Counted from the first letter of the stretch, positions 41,218-51,798 are shown. The stretch is DNA of 64,000 bases from Nitrospinaceae bacterium (GCA_965223665.1 OZ245011.1:3680001-3744000), one strand, 5' to 3'. Notes: generated from the letters alone by a model not told the origin. Program-made: numbers and translations.

Positions 41218-43449
41218 TTATTGACTGTTAGCAAAACGTCTAAACTGCTTTTCTTTTTCAATTGTTATATCCACAGATTTAAACGAAGGTGTTTTTGACT
41301 GGTTGTCACAACTACGTGGAACCAGAATGTTGGCCTCTGGATAGTACATCATTACATTTCCCGATCGAATCGGATAGCCAATCAAAACTTGCTGGGAAAG
41401 GACACCCGTTTTACTTTTTACCGATACCCGGTCGTTTTCCATCCAACCATTCTGCTCTATGTCTTTAGGATTCATTAAAACGACATTACGGTCAAAGGTA
41501 CCTCGAAATTTATCCCTTGTTTCATAAACCACTGTATTGAATTGTCCTTCGGATCGAACTGTCATTAGTTTAAATTTATTGTTTTTTTCACTTTCTTTCC
41601 AGGAATTAGAATAATCAGGAATTTTGAATAATGCTTTTCCATTTTTTCTAGGAAAAAAAGGTTGGTGTAAAATTCTTCCCTCAATATGAAATTCTTTTTT
41701 TGTTTGATCCAAAGATTTAATTTTTTTAAAACCAGAAACTACTGAGCCAAGGGTTTGTCTAATTTCTTTATTGCTACTTAATCGATCCCATGGAATTGGG
41801 CTATTTGGTAAAACTTTTTGAGCAATTTTACTAATAATTGTGACTTCGCTTTTTGGACCAAAGTATCTGGGAGGGCCCCCTTCACTTAACCGAATGAAAT
41901 TGAACATACTTTCTTGAGTTGTTGGCTCGGGTTCTTCATCTCTAGCAAGAGCAGGAAGAATTAAAGTCGTCTGCCCACGACCTAAAAAGTGCCCTTGGTT
42001 TAATGTAGTATTTATATAAAGTGAAAATTTTATTTTAGATAATGCGGTTTCTGCGAAAGTTGAATCCGGGTTAGAACCAAATAAGTTTCCTCCCAAATTC
42101 CAAGCAAAATCAAATTTTCCTTCCGAAGCTGCTTCTACGCAAGATAAAGTATCCATTCCCTTCTTAGTGGGTAACCTTAGGTTGTAATAAGATTCTAAGT
42201 TATCGATAAAATCTTTTTTCAGTTGAGGTGTAAAACCTACCGAACCTATTCCTTGAACGTTACTATGGCCGCGAAGTGGAAGAAGGCCTGCTTGCTTTTT
42301 ACCAACCATACCGCGCATTAAGGCAAGGTTGACAATAGCTTGTACGTTTTCAACGCCATGGGCATGGTGAGTTATTCCCATAGCCCATGCAAAGACTACA
42401 TTTTTTGAGCGAGAGTACAAGTAGGCTAAAGATTCAATTTCTTTTTTTAAGACACCGGATTCAACTTCTATTTCTTGCCAAGATAATTTATCTAAGAAAC
42501 TCAGATAATCGTGAAAGCCTTCTGTGTGGTTTTTTATAAATTCATGGTCAAGTAAATGAGTCTGAGATTTGGCTAATTCATTCAATGCTTTAGAAATGCC
42601 TAAGCATAAGGGAATATCACCGCCAATATGGGGTTGAATGTAATGGGAGGCAATTTTGGAACCAAAGAAAAGGCTTTTCCAATCGGAAGGAACTTTAAAT
42701 TTTTGTAAACCGGGTTCAACGGCCGGGTTGATTACGATAACTTTTCCTCCTCTTCGACGGATATTCATCAACGTAGTCATGAATCTGGGATGATTTGAAG
42801 AGGGATTGGCTCCAATAAGAAAAATTAAATCTGTGTGATCTAAGTCATCTAGCTGAATGGTGGCAGTGCTGGTTCCAAGACTCTGATTTAAACCCACGCC
42901 AGAAGCTTGATGACAGTAATATGAGCAATTATTAATGTTATTGGTACCGTAATTTCGAGCGAATAGTTGGAGCAAGAAACCAGCTTCGTTTGAAGAACGT
43001 CCACTTGCATAAAAAAAAGTTTTATCAGGGGAAGTGCCTTTGATTTGTTCAACAATGCGAGCTTCGGCATCCGTCCAGGAAATGGGTCGATAATGAGTTT
43101 GGCCGGATTCACAAATTATGGGTTGTGTTAAGCGACCAGCATGTTCTAGTTCTAATGGTGTCCATGTTTTTAAATCGGTTACAGAATTTTTTTTGAAAAA
43201 ATCTTCTGGTATGGGGGATTGCATGTCGGAGGCTTGAGCATAAAAGGATTTTTTACAAACAGCAGGAAAATGGTTGTTTTCATCACGCATTCCGCCTCTT
43301 TGTCCACCCATGCCTAGAGCACAACTTTTACAGGTATTTTTGGTAAACAAGGCTTTAAACATGGACCAGGTCCCAGTCCGGAACGCAATGCTTAACGAGG
43401 AAAAAATGGAGTCCCATCCTGCAATGGTTTTGGGAATTTTAGCAGGCAT
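41218..43449 (-). CDS. FdhF/YdeP-family molybdopterin oxidoreductase
   Basis: FYASGRSSNEA, NNCSYYCHQAS, GANPSSNHPR, PLRGHSNVQG, TVRSEGQFNT, TPSFKS. Confidence 0.93.
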   Translation of the reverse strand: MPAKIPKTIAGWDSIFSSLSIAFRTGTWSMFKALFTKNTCKSCALGMGGQRGGMRDENNHFPAVCKKSFYAQASDMQSPIPEDFFKKNSVTDLKTWTPLELEHAGRLTQPIICESGQTHYRPISWTDAEARIVEQIKGTSPDKTFFYASGRSSNEAGFLLQLFARNYGTNNINNCSYYCHQASGVGLNQSLGTSTATIQLDDLDHTDLIFLIGANPSSNHPRFMTTLMNIRRRGGKVIVINPAVEPGLQKFKVPSDWKSLFFGSKIASHYIQPHIGGDIPLCLGISKALNELAKSQTHLLDHEFIKNHTEGFHDYLSFLDKLSWQEIEVESGVLKKEIESLAYLYSRSKNVVFAWAMGITHHAHGVENVQAIVNLALMRGMVGKKQAGLLPLRGHSNVQGIGSVGFTPQLKKDFIDNLESYYNLRLPTKKGMDTLSCVEAASEGKFDFAWNLGGNLFGSNPDSTFAETALSKIKFSLYINTTLNQGHFLGRGQTTLILPALARDEEPEPTTQESMFNFIRLSEGGPPRYFGPKSEVTIISKIAQKVLPNSPIPWDRLSSNKEIRQTLGSVVSGFKKIKSLDQTKKEFHIEGRILHQPFFPRKNGKALFKIPDYSNSWKESEKNNKFKLMTVRSEGQFNTVVYETRDKFRGTFDRNVVLMNPKDIEQNGWMENDRVSVKSKTGVLSQQVLIGYPIRSGNVMMYYPEANILVPRSCDNQSKTPSFKSVDITIEKEKQFRRFANSQ

Positions 43450-43536
43450 AAATGACCTACGGTAGTTTCAAAATATTTTTTACTATTATACTATTTTAAG
43501 AATTTAGAGGGGAAAGAAACAATTGAAAAACGTAGG

Positions 43537-45519
43537 TCAGTCACTCATTAATTCAATAAGAGCCTCAACACATTTAGGATCATAGCGCCCTTTATTGGCT
43601 TCTTTCTGAATTTCAAGAATTGCACTTTTGTACTCCCAGGTTTCCTCAGAGTATACTCGCCAACCTGTCATGGAATCAAAAGCATCAGCAACTGTTAAGA
43701 TTCTTGCACCGATTGGGATATCATTACCCTTTAGGCCTTGAGGATAACCTGAACCATCAAAGTTTTCGTGATGTCCTAGAATTATTTTTTGGATGGAATC
43801 AGATTCATAACCTAATTCCTTAATTAAGTTTACGCTTTCTTCAGAATGGTTTTTTAATTCTTCATGCTCGTTTGGAAGAAGTTTCCCCGGCCGTTCCAAA
43901 TATTCATGGGAAACAGATTCTTTTCCAATATCGTGTAAATATCCGGCAATTAAAATATCTTCTTTTTCTTTTTCAGATAAACCCAAATGATCAGCCATAG
44001 CAAAAGAAATTGTTGCAACCAATTTCCCATGATGAAGACTTCCATCAATTAATTCGGAACGAAGTGATAAATCTTCCGGAAGGTTCATTTGAGCTAAGAT
44101 GTGGTGATATTTTTTATAAAATTTTTCGGGAATTTTATTACGGTTTTGTAATGGATCATAAAAGCCAATGATTTTATAAACGGCCATTCGGTTTTTTTTG
44201 CCTTTAAGCATTAGTTTTTCAAATTCATCCTTTTTAAGATTGGCTTCCGCAAATGAAAGCTTCGCTTCTGTATGGTCAGGATTTATTCTTAAAAGATTTT
44301 CGTAACATTCCATAGCCAATGTTGCCTGACGATTTTGAAAGTATATTTGTCCTAATTGGAATAGTTTTTCCTGGTTGTAGGGATCTTCACCCAAATCACG
44401 TCTCAAACGATCAATTCTTTCTTGTGACTTATAATCTGTGGAACGCTTACCATGGAAATCGTGTACACGAATTGCTTCTACATAAGGTTCTACATCGAGA
44501 TATGTTTTTTCATCAATGTAAATGGAACCTACCTCACAAATATTTTCTAATCGTGATGCGAGATTTGCCGTACTACCGATACAAGAATATGTTTTTCTTT
44601 TTGAACCAAATAAACCGACCACTGAGGTTCCCGTGGCAATTCCAATTCTCATTTTCCATGGGCAATCAATTTGTAAAAGCTTTTTTTGCATTGACATTCC
44701 TGCTATCACAGCCATTAAGGAATGCATTCGGTAATTAATAGGGGCACAAAATTCAGCCATTATTCCATCCCCTAAGTATTTGTCAACATGGCCGTAATAA
44801 CGTTGAATACAAGTTTCCATTTCTTTAAGGTAGTTATTTAACTCTTCAACTACCTTTTCGGGAGGATTTTCATCAGAGTAATTTGTGAAATCTTTTAAAT
44901 CGGCAAAAAGGACTGAAATGCGGCGCTTTTCGTTGCGAAGTGTGCCCTCCATCATCATTTTTACTGCTGCAGGATCCATAATGGAGTTCAAGGCTGACTC
45001 CATTTTGTCTTTTAGAGTTTTAACTTCTTTGTATGAATTTTCTAGTTTAGCTGTTTTTTCAGTTAAGGAATTTTCAAAATCTACATTGGACTGTTCTAAA
45101 GATTCTCTGGCTTCATCCAATTCTTCATTTTTTTGTTCCAGTTCTTTATTCAACTGGCCAATTTGGCTTTCCTCTTCACTAACTTTCTGGCTTAGGTTTC
45201 TAGCTAAAGCACCAACAAGGGTTAAAAATCCCATCCAAATTGTTAAATTGAAGAAATAGTCGAATTGATCCCTGGGAATAAATGAACCTTTTAAAGCAAA
45301 TAAAGCAAAAACCCAGAAAACATAAACTCCAAAAAATACCCATAAAAACAAACTCTTTTTGTTTAAGAAAAAACCGATGAGGATTGGAAAAATATAATAA
45401 ATATTTAAAAATTCTCCCCGACCGTAAATTACTAAATTAATTAAATCGCCGAAAATTAAAATAGCTAAAATGGCTATGGATTCTACTAAAGGAATTTTTG
45501 TTTTTCTTAAAGCTTTCAT
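43537..45519 (-). CDS. Membrane class III nucleotidyl cyclase - TPR - HD-GYP fusion protein
   Basis: N-terminal TMs + coiled coil; SVLFADLKDFT, DKYLGDGIMA, ANLASRLE; TPR LFQLGQIYF..AMECYENLLRINPDH; LHDIGK, HHENFDGSGYP, ADAFDSMT. Confidence 0.9.
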   Translation of the reverse strand: MKALRKTKIPLVESIAILAILIFGDLINLVIYGRGEFLNIYYIFPILIGFFLNKKSLFLWVFFGVYVFWVFALFALKGSFIPRDQFDYFFNLTIWMGFLTLVGALARNLSQKVSEEESQIGQLNKELEQKNEELDEARESLEQSNVDFENSLTEKTAKLENSYKEVKTLKDKMESALNSIMDPAAVKMMMEGTLRNEKRRISVLFADLKDFTNYSDENPPEKVVEELNNYLKEMETCIQRYYGHVDKYLGDGIMAEFCAPINYRMHSLMAVIAGMSMQKKLLQIDCPWKMRIGIATGTSVVGLFGSKRKTYSCIGSTANLASRLENICEVGSIYIDEKTYLDVEPYVEAIRVHDFHGKRSTDYKSQERIDRLRRDLGEDPYNQEKLFQLGQIYFQNRQATLAMECYENLLRINPDHTEAKLSFAEANLKKDEFEKLMLKGKKNRMAVYKIIGFYDPLQNRNKIPEKFYKKYHHILAQMNLPEDLSLRSELIDGSLHHGKLVATISFAMADHLGLSEKEKEDILIAGYLHDIGKESVSHEYLERPGKLLPNEHEELKNHSEESVNLIKELGYESDSIQKIILGHHENFDGSGYPQGLKGNDIPIGARILTVADAFDSMTGWRVYSEETWEYKSAILEIQKEANKGRYDPKCVEALIELMSD

Positions 45520-45558
45520 TGGAGGAGGGTATCAAGTAATTTTAAAAATGTTCCTTTG

Positions 45559-47565
45559 TTATTCGAGGAAAAACTTTATTTCACTTGTTGCGGTTAAATA
45601 AATTAAAAAAGAATCCTTAGTTGAATTAACACCTATATATTTTACATCCTTTATTTCTCCAGAAAACCTTTCTTTTTGTGAAAATTCTTTATTTAGGGCC
45701 ATATTGGTAAAATTCAAAGATTCTTTTTTCTTTTTGGTTAAGTCCCAACTGGTATTATCTCGCAAATAGCTGATAAAATCTTTTTCTAACAACCATTTGG
45801 CATTTTTGGTGAGCCAATCTCTGGTGTTTAAATCAAAATCAAGGTCAGGTATGGTTAATTTGCTCTCCTTGTCGTCATATTGTGGTTTCCCGCTTAAATA
45901 AATTCGGCCACTGAAGGTTCCAATTAAATCCAGTTCTATAACTGTTTTTAAGCTGTTTCCATAGACGTTCACATTTTTTATGGTTACTTTTTGTTTTCCA
46001 AAATAAGGAAGAGTTTTTTTAGTCAAATTACCTTCCAATTTTTGGGCCGCATCTTTAAATCTTAAGGCCATATTAGTTAAAATTGTCGAATTTCCTGAAG
46101 GGTCCCCAAGCAAAATATCTGGTAGAGGATGAGATTTTATTGTTGGATTGAATCCGATGATTACTTGAGGATTAGACTCAATACCAATAGATAGTGAGGC
46201 ATTTGTCGCATCTAATTTTATGGGAGTCACTCGAACTTTGCTGGGTTTTACCACCAACCAGACATTTTCTTTTGGATCAATACTTATAGGCCGATTGAGC
46301 ATGGACCAGGCCGTCTGTGCAAATGGTCTTAAGTTGACAAACTTTGGTGACCTATCATCTAAGTTTTTAGCAAATTCCTCGAGTTGTTTAGTTAATCTTG
46401 ATTGAATTAAATTAATGATCTCGGGTTTGGTGCCTGCTTCGGTGCATCCTTTTGAGTTTTCAGTAGTGACTTCTGATCGAGAAAGTAATCTCCAGTCACT
46501 TTGCAGGGAAAATTCGGATCTTAAGACTACATCAATGGATGGAAGCGGATCTTGTTGTCCGCAAGCGGTAATGGTATCCCAGATACAACAGGTAAAAGGA
46601 GGATAAGGCCGATTTCTTTTTTCTGCGTATTCTAATTGATATTTAAAATTTGAAGTGAAATCCGATTTATTTCCATTTGTTGTGAGCGCGAAGTTCTCAC
46701 GGTCCCATTTATATTTTAGTGCCTTAGGGGAATCCCAAGTTGGAAACGGTCCCCAGTTTTCATTGAAATCTTCGCCTTTGGGAGTATTTGCTTCTAACTG
46801 CAAGATATTAATAACATCTCCCAGCGAAATGGTAACGGGCACAATTATAGTGGATGGATCAATTTCCGGAATTGGGTTTTCATTAGGTATTACAGGGATT
46901 GGAGCTGCAATATTTTCTTTTTTAGCAATTACCTTTGGTTTGGGGGATGATTTTGCTTTTTTTGATGATTTTTGAATAATTTCTTTTTTATTTGACTTTG
47001 AAACTTTTGGAGAAACTTCTTTAGATTTTTCTTTTTTTTCTGTTGAGGGTAATTGGGCTGAAGGCGTCCTTTTTTTTGTGAGTTTTTTAGTTGTTTGAGA
47101 TTTAGGTTCAATCTCTTCCTTTTGCGTCTCTTTTTTTAAAGTGTTTACTTTATTATTTTCCGCTACTAGGTTGGAATTGGAACTCTCCTGGGTTGCATTT
47201 GGTTTTTCGAGGGAAGTAGGCGCTTCTATTTTTTTTTGAGAAATTATTTTCCCTTCATCTTTTTTTTTCTCCAAATTTGAGGTTTCTGTTTTTAATTCTT
47301 TCTTATCAATCTTTGGCTCTATAGGTAATTTTTCTTTTGTTGGAGGAGGGACGAGGGGAGGAGGAGATTTTTCATTAATAGTTGAAGTATTTTCTTCAGG
47401 CGCTTTTGAAGCCACTTTTTCTTTTTTTTCAGTATCTGAGGAATTTTTACTTTCAGTAGTTGGAGGGGGAGACGGATACCAGGTTTTTTTGTATACAGAT
47501 GAACAACCTGAAGGAAGGATAAAAAATATCAAAAATAAAATAATTAATTTATTGCTTAGGGGCAT
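45559..47565 (-). CDS. Lipoprotein with long Pro/Lys/Glu-rich linker and DUF4403-like C-terminal domain
   Basis: Lipobox LPSGC; about 210 aa low-complexity linker; AWSMLNRPI...WLVVKP, GRIYLSGKPQYD...DLDFDL pattern. Confidence 0.65.
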   Translation of the reverse strand: MPLSNKLIILFLIFFILPSGCSSVYKKTWYPSPPPTTESKNSSDTEKKEKVASKAPEENTSTINEKSPPPLVPPPTKEKLPIEPKIDKKELKTETSNLEKKKDEGKIISQKKIEAPTSLEKPNATQESSNSNLVAENNKVNTLKKETQKEEIEPKSQTTKKLTKKRTPSAQLPSTEKKEKSKEVSPKVSKSNKKEIIQKSSKKAKSSPKPKVIAKKENIAAPIPVIPNENPIPEIDPSTIIVPVTISLGDVINILQLEANTPKGEDFNENWGPFPTWDSPKALKYKWDRENFALTTNGNKSDFTSNFKYQLEYAEKRNRPYPPFTCCIWDTITACGQQDPLPSIDVVLRSEFSLQSDWRLLSRSEVTTENSKGCTEAGTKPEIINLIQSRLTKQLEEFAKNLDDRSPKFVNLRPFAQTAWSMLNRPISIDPKENVWLVVKPSKVRVTPIKLDATNASLSIGIESNPQVIIGFNPTIKSHPLPDILLGDPSGNSTILTNMALRFKDAAQKLEGNLTKKTLPYFGKQKVTIKNVNVYGNSLKTVIELDLIGTFSGRIYLSGKPQYDDKESKLTIPDLDFDLNTRDWLTKNAKWLLEKDFISYLRDNTSWDLTKKKKESLNFTNMALNKEFSQKERFSGEIKDVKYIGVNSTKDSFLIYLTATSEIKFFLE

Positions 47566-47963
47566 GTGGAAATAACTCTTTTATAAATATCTTATCTTTA
47601 AATTAAATAACCGTCAATAATTCATATATAAAGAGATTGGATTTTTGCTTTTACAGTTGAATTTTTTAAAACTAGAAATTAACCTAAATTGGTGTAGGGA
47701 TATTTTATGGTTAATTAATGAATGTTTTTTGCTCCTTTAATTATCATCCCAAGGGTACTTTAATACTATTTTTTCTCAAAGATAATATTCAATGTTTTTG
47801 GGAAATAATCGCCGCTTAATCAACCTTAATAGGTTAATTTATTTTTCTGGCATTCCAAAGCTTTTTTGGATCGAAGAATAAAACCTGTGGATAACAAATA
47901 ATCAACTCAAAGATTTTTAAGGGCTAGTATTTCAAGCATTTCTAATTTTTAGGAGAAATTCCA

Positions 47964-48644
47964 TTGAAGAAAAATAAATCAAAGAATCTCTTTATATTGT
48001 TATTGGTGGGATTTGGTTTTTATTTTACAGGTTGTGCAACCATATTTTCTGATGGTAAAGATGACGTAACTATCAAATCCAATGTCCCTGGAGTTAAAGT
48101 TTTCATGGACGGGAACTTAAGGGGAGAAACTCCCCTGAATCTTTCAGTAAAAAGAAAATTGCAAAAATATAAAATGAAATTTGTAAAAGAAGGATATGAA
48201 ACCCAAGAGTTTGAACTAGCTCATGAGTTTAATTTTAATACGGGTATGGTATTGGATTTAACTGGAACTGCGATTTCTCTTACCCCCGGTGCGGTCGATG
48301 CTTTATCGGGTAATTTGATTAGATATTCTCCCACAGAATATCAAATCGAAATGATGCCTATAAAAGCGAGTGAACTGGAATTTAAAAAAGTTTTAAAATC
48401 CAAAAACTTTGCTGCTTTCAATTTTAAATTTTTGGTGAGGGATATAGTAGCCGGGAAGGGAGAATACTTAGATTCTCTAATTTATAGCTTTAATATTCCC
48501 AAATATAAGAAAAACAGTATTGAAAAATTAATTCATCAAAACAAAGAAAACCTTTTATTAAGCGAAAATGGAATTGTACTTTGGGATAAAATAAATACCT
48601 TATTAGAAAATGATAATAATCTGAATATATCCCATTTAAATTAA
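47964..48644 (+). CDS. PEGA-domain lipoprotein with DUF3015-like C-terminal module
   Basis: Lipobox FTGC-ATIF; SNVPGVKVFMDG..GETP (PEGA); NFKFLVRDIVAGKGEYLDSL. Confidence 0.7.
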   Translation: MKKNKSKNLFILLLVGFGFYFTGCATIFSDGKDDVTIKSNVPGVKVFMDGNLRGETPLNLSVKRKLQKYKMKFVKEGYETQEFELAHEFNFNTGMVLDLTGTAISLTPGAVDALSGNLIRYSPTEYQIEMMPIKASELEFKKVLKSKNFAAFNFKFLVRDIVAGKGEYLDSLIYSFNIPKYKKNSIEKLIHQNKENLLLSENGIVLWDKINTLLENDNNLNISHLN

Positions 48645-48653
48645 TCCAACTAT

Positions 48654-48679
48654 AAAAAGCGGGCTTCTGCCCGCTTTTT
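48654..48679 (+). terminator. Rho-independent terminator
   Basis: AAAAAGCGGGC-TTCT-GCCCGCTTTTT. Confidence 0.85.
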
Positions 48680-48836
48680 AAGGGAAAATAAGTGTTTCTA
48701 AGTTAAAAAAACTTATTGAACTTATCATTTCTTAGCGTAGAATCCCCTCTGTGAAATTAAATTTTTTTTTAATTTTTTAAATCCTCAATCACCTTCCGTA
48801 ATGATCTGAAAATATTTTGGTTTCTCTTTTGTATCA

Positions 48837-50336
48837 ATGAAAGACCTTTATAATAATAAAACCTTTCATTATATTTTTTTAACTTACTTTTCTCTCTTAT
48901 CTACCCTGAGTCGAATTGCCGGGTTGGGTTTAAGACCAGATGCTGATGCTTGGTATGCACAAAAAGGTAAAGAGTTATTAAAATCTACAAACCCATTTAT
49001 TGTTACTTTTAATGGGGAGCCTTCTTTTGAACACACTCCTTTTCCAATCTGGATGGATGCGATTTCATTTCAGATATTTGGTGTATCTTCTTATGGCGCT
49101 ATTTTCCCTTCTGCGGTGTTCGCAACTTTGACCATAATTTTAACTTATAAGCTTTCATACAAATTATTTGGTGATCGTTGGATAGCATTTGTTTCTGGAA
49201 TTGTTTTGTTATTTCCAGGTTATTTCTTTGAAAATGCAAGGAGAGGTCATGTGGATGCCACTTTGGGATTTATGGTAATTTTGGCCTTATATTTTTTTTG
49301 GCGCGGAAATGAAAACTCCAAATGGTATTACGGTTACGGATTAGCAACGGGTTTTGCCGTCCTAACCAAAAGTTTAGTTGGTTTGTTTCCTTATCTAATC
49401 GGTCTCGTTTTTTTAATTTTTACACGACAATTTAGAAAAATTTTTCATCCGCATTTGGTTTTGGGAGTTTCTTTAGGAACAATTGTTGGCTTTAGTTGGT
49501 TTGTTTTCAGTTGGATTTACTTTGAGAACGAATTTTATGAGCATCATTTAATGCATATGTTATTTAGAAACTTTGCCGAGGATACAAATCAATTGGCAGG
49601 GTATGTGTTCTATTTAAAAGAAATTTTTAAATACTATTGGCCTTGGTTTCCTATTTTAGTATTTAGTTTCTGGCTATTTTTTAAAAAGATATATTTGGAA
49701 AAAAGGAGTGAATATCTGTTTGTCTTGATTTGGTTCTTTAGTATTTATATTGTTATGAGCCTCCATGGTAGACAGCAAATGCAATATATGATTTCTATAT
49801 TTCCAGCAATGGCCCTGATGGTTTCTAAAGTAATTGGAGATAATTTACCTCCCTTTTGGAGACTTAAATCAACCCCTTATATTATCGGGATAATTATGCT
49901 GACCACCTTTGTAATCGGGGGGACAAATATCAAAATAAAAAATGCCAGTTCACTAAATCCAAAAAGTGAATGGACTAGAAATTTAGCAGCTGTTGTTAAC
50001 CTAAATACCCCTCCCGATAGCGTTGTGTCTAATTATCAGATCAATAATTGGCAGGAAGAACCGAGGACAGGTCTATTGTTTTTTGCGGATAGATATTTGG
50101 TAGATCCAGTAAATGATGAAAAGGTCCTTATCGATACTGTTGAAAAGAACCCAAAGATGACTTGGCTGACCTATATTGGAGTTTATAAAAAATTACAAAA
50201 GGACCATCCCGATAGGTTTTATTTGATCCATGCGAATAAAAAATATGCTTATTTCACTTCTAAAATAAATCGAAATAATATTAAATATGATTTTTCTAAA
50301 GAAGGATTAACCTATTTGTCACAGGAGTTATTTTGA
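48837..50336 (+). CDS. ArnT/PMT-like (GT-C fold) membrane glycosyltransferase
   Basis: DADAWYA, FNGEPSFEHTP, GFAVLTKSLVG, multiple TMs. Confidence 0.85.
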   Translation: MKDLYNNKTFHYIFLTYFSLLSTLSRIAGLGLRPDADAWYAQKGKELLKSTNPFIVTFNGEPSFEHTPFPIWMDAISFQIFGVSSYGAIFPSAVFATLTIILTYKLSYKLFGDRWIAFVSGIVLLFPGYFFENARRGHVDATLGFMVILALYFFWRGNENSKWYYGYGLATGFAVLTKSLVGLFPYLIGLVFLIFTRQFRKIFHPHLVLGVSLGTIVGFSWFVFSWIYFENEFYEHHLMHMLFRNFAEDTNQLAGYVFYLKEIFKYYWPWFPILVFSFWLFFKKIYLEKRSEYLFVLIWFFSIYIVMSLHGRQQMQYMISIFPAMALMVSKVIGDNLPPFWRLKSTPYIIGIIMLTTFVIGGTNIKIKNASSLNPKSEWTRNLAAVVNLNTPPDSVVSNYQINNWQEEPRTGLLFFADRYLVDPVNDEKVLIDTVEKNPKMTWLTYIGVYKKLQKDHPDRFYLIHANKKYAYFTSKINRNNIKYDFSKEGLTYLSQELF

Positions 50337-51322
50337 ATTCGTTTTCTAAAGGTTTGGGAGAAATTCCTGTTACTTTGTTAGCAGGGTTTTTAGGTTCCGG
50401 AAAGACTACCCTTTTAAACTATATACTAAGCCAAAACCATGGGAAGCGAATTGCTGTGGTAGAAAATGAGTTTGGAGATATAAATGTTGACCATGATTTA
50501 ATTATTGGTGCTGAAGAAGATATTTTTGAAATGAGTAATGGTTGTGTTTGCTGTTCAATAAAGGGAGATTTGATAAAAACTTTAAATCGACTACTTCAAA
50601 AAAAAGAAAAGTTTGATTCAGTTTTGATTGAAGCTACTGGGTTAGCTTCTCCAGGTCCCATTGCTCAAGCATTTTTGGTGGAAGATGCAGTATCTAATGA
50701 GATTAAGTTAGATGGAATCGTAACGATGGTCGATGCAAAAAATATTTATCTCCAATTGGAGGAAATGGATGTTGCTTGGGAACAAATTGCATTTTCAAAT
50801 GTTATTTTAATAAATAAGATTGATTTAGTTGAGGAAAATGATCTTTTAACTTTAAAATCTCAAATTAGATCCTTAAATCCTTTTGCTGAAATATTTTTAA
50901 CTAAACAGGCAATTGTAAATTTAGATGAGATATTAAATATTGGTGGCTTTGATTTAAGTCGAACTTTAGATAGTTTTGAATTTCAAGATATTAAAAATTC
51001 ACAACAAATAGCCTCAAATAAAAAAAGTGATATTAGCTCGGTTTCGGTTACCCTACCTGGATTTATTAATATTGATCAATTTACGGCGTGGTTACAAATG
51101 CTTTTAATCATGGAAGGAATAGATGTAATTAGAGCCAAGGGATTCCTTAATATTAAGGGAAGTAATGAAAAGCATGTTTTTCAAAGTGTGTTTATGATGT
51201 TTGAAAGTCGACCAGGAATTTCATGGGGAGATTCTACTAGAGAAAATTCTATTGTATTTATTGGAAGAGATTTGGATCAAAATAAACTTTTTAATGGGGT
51301 AAAATCTTGTTTGGAAGACTAG
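50333..51322 (+). CDS. CobW/COG0523 G3E metallochaperone GTPase
   Basis: GFLGSGKTT, ENEFG, NGCVCCS, EATGLA, NKID; C-terminal RAKG...IVFIG. Confidence 0.93.
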   Translation: MNSFSKGLGEIPVTLLAGFLGSGKTTLLNYILSQNHGKRIAVVENEFGDINVDHDLIIGAEEDIFEMSNGCVCCSIKGDLIKTLNRLLQKKEKFDSVLIEATGLASPGPIAQAFLVEDAVSNEIKLDGIVTMVDAKNIYLQLEEMDVAWEQIAFSNVILINKIDLVEENDLLTLKSQIRSLNPFAEIFLTKQAIVNLDEILNIGGFDLSRTLDSFEFQDIKNSQQIASNKKSDISSVSVTLPGFINIDQFTAWLQMLLIMEGIDVIRAKGFLNIKGSNEKHVFQSVFMMFESRPGISWGDSTRENSIVFIGRDLDQNKLFNGVKSCLED

Positions 51323-51798
51323 TTGGGGAATTCTTTATTAAAATAAAAATGTGTTAATCCCTAAACGATTTATTAATTGGCGAAAACTTAATTTCTAAAA
51401 AAATTTTCTGTTCCTACTTTTGTTTCTCTTTATCTAATACAAAATCACTTATTATTAGGTATGAGTGGAAGAAAAAATGGACCAATTTGGGAAAAAATAT
51501 TAAATCTCCGGAAAAATCCTTTATTCCTATTCCCTAACTGACCAATTAACCTATTCCGAAATTTATTAAAAAATTTAGATTTTTTAATTAAGCCATTTTC
51601 AACATTTTTCATAAAGTTCCCACCCATTGTAATTCTCACCAATTATTGGAATACCACCCGTTTTGTTAAAATTTTTATACACCGACGTTACTTTTTTTGT
51701 AATTTGAATTAGAAACTCGAATTTACTGATTTCAAAATTATTAAACTAATTATTTGTATTTTACGAAGTTAATAGGTTTTTGAAAATAGTTCTTAAAA

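Noticed and set aside
41218-43449. Selenocysteine formate dehydrogenase
   Set aside because: No in-frame TGA; the ligand region is NCSYYCH, typical of the YdeP-like group.
51445-51642. 65-aa minus-strand ORF
   Set aside because: Low-complexity K/N/F-rich translation of AT-rich DNA, with no support.
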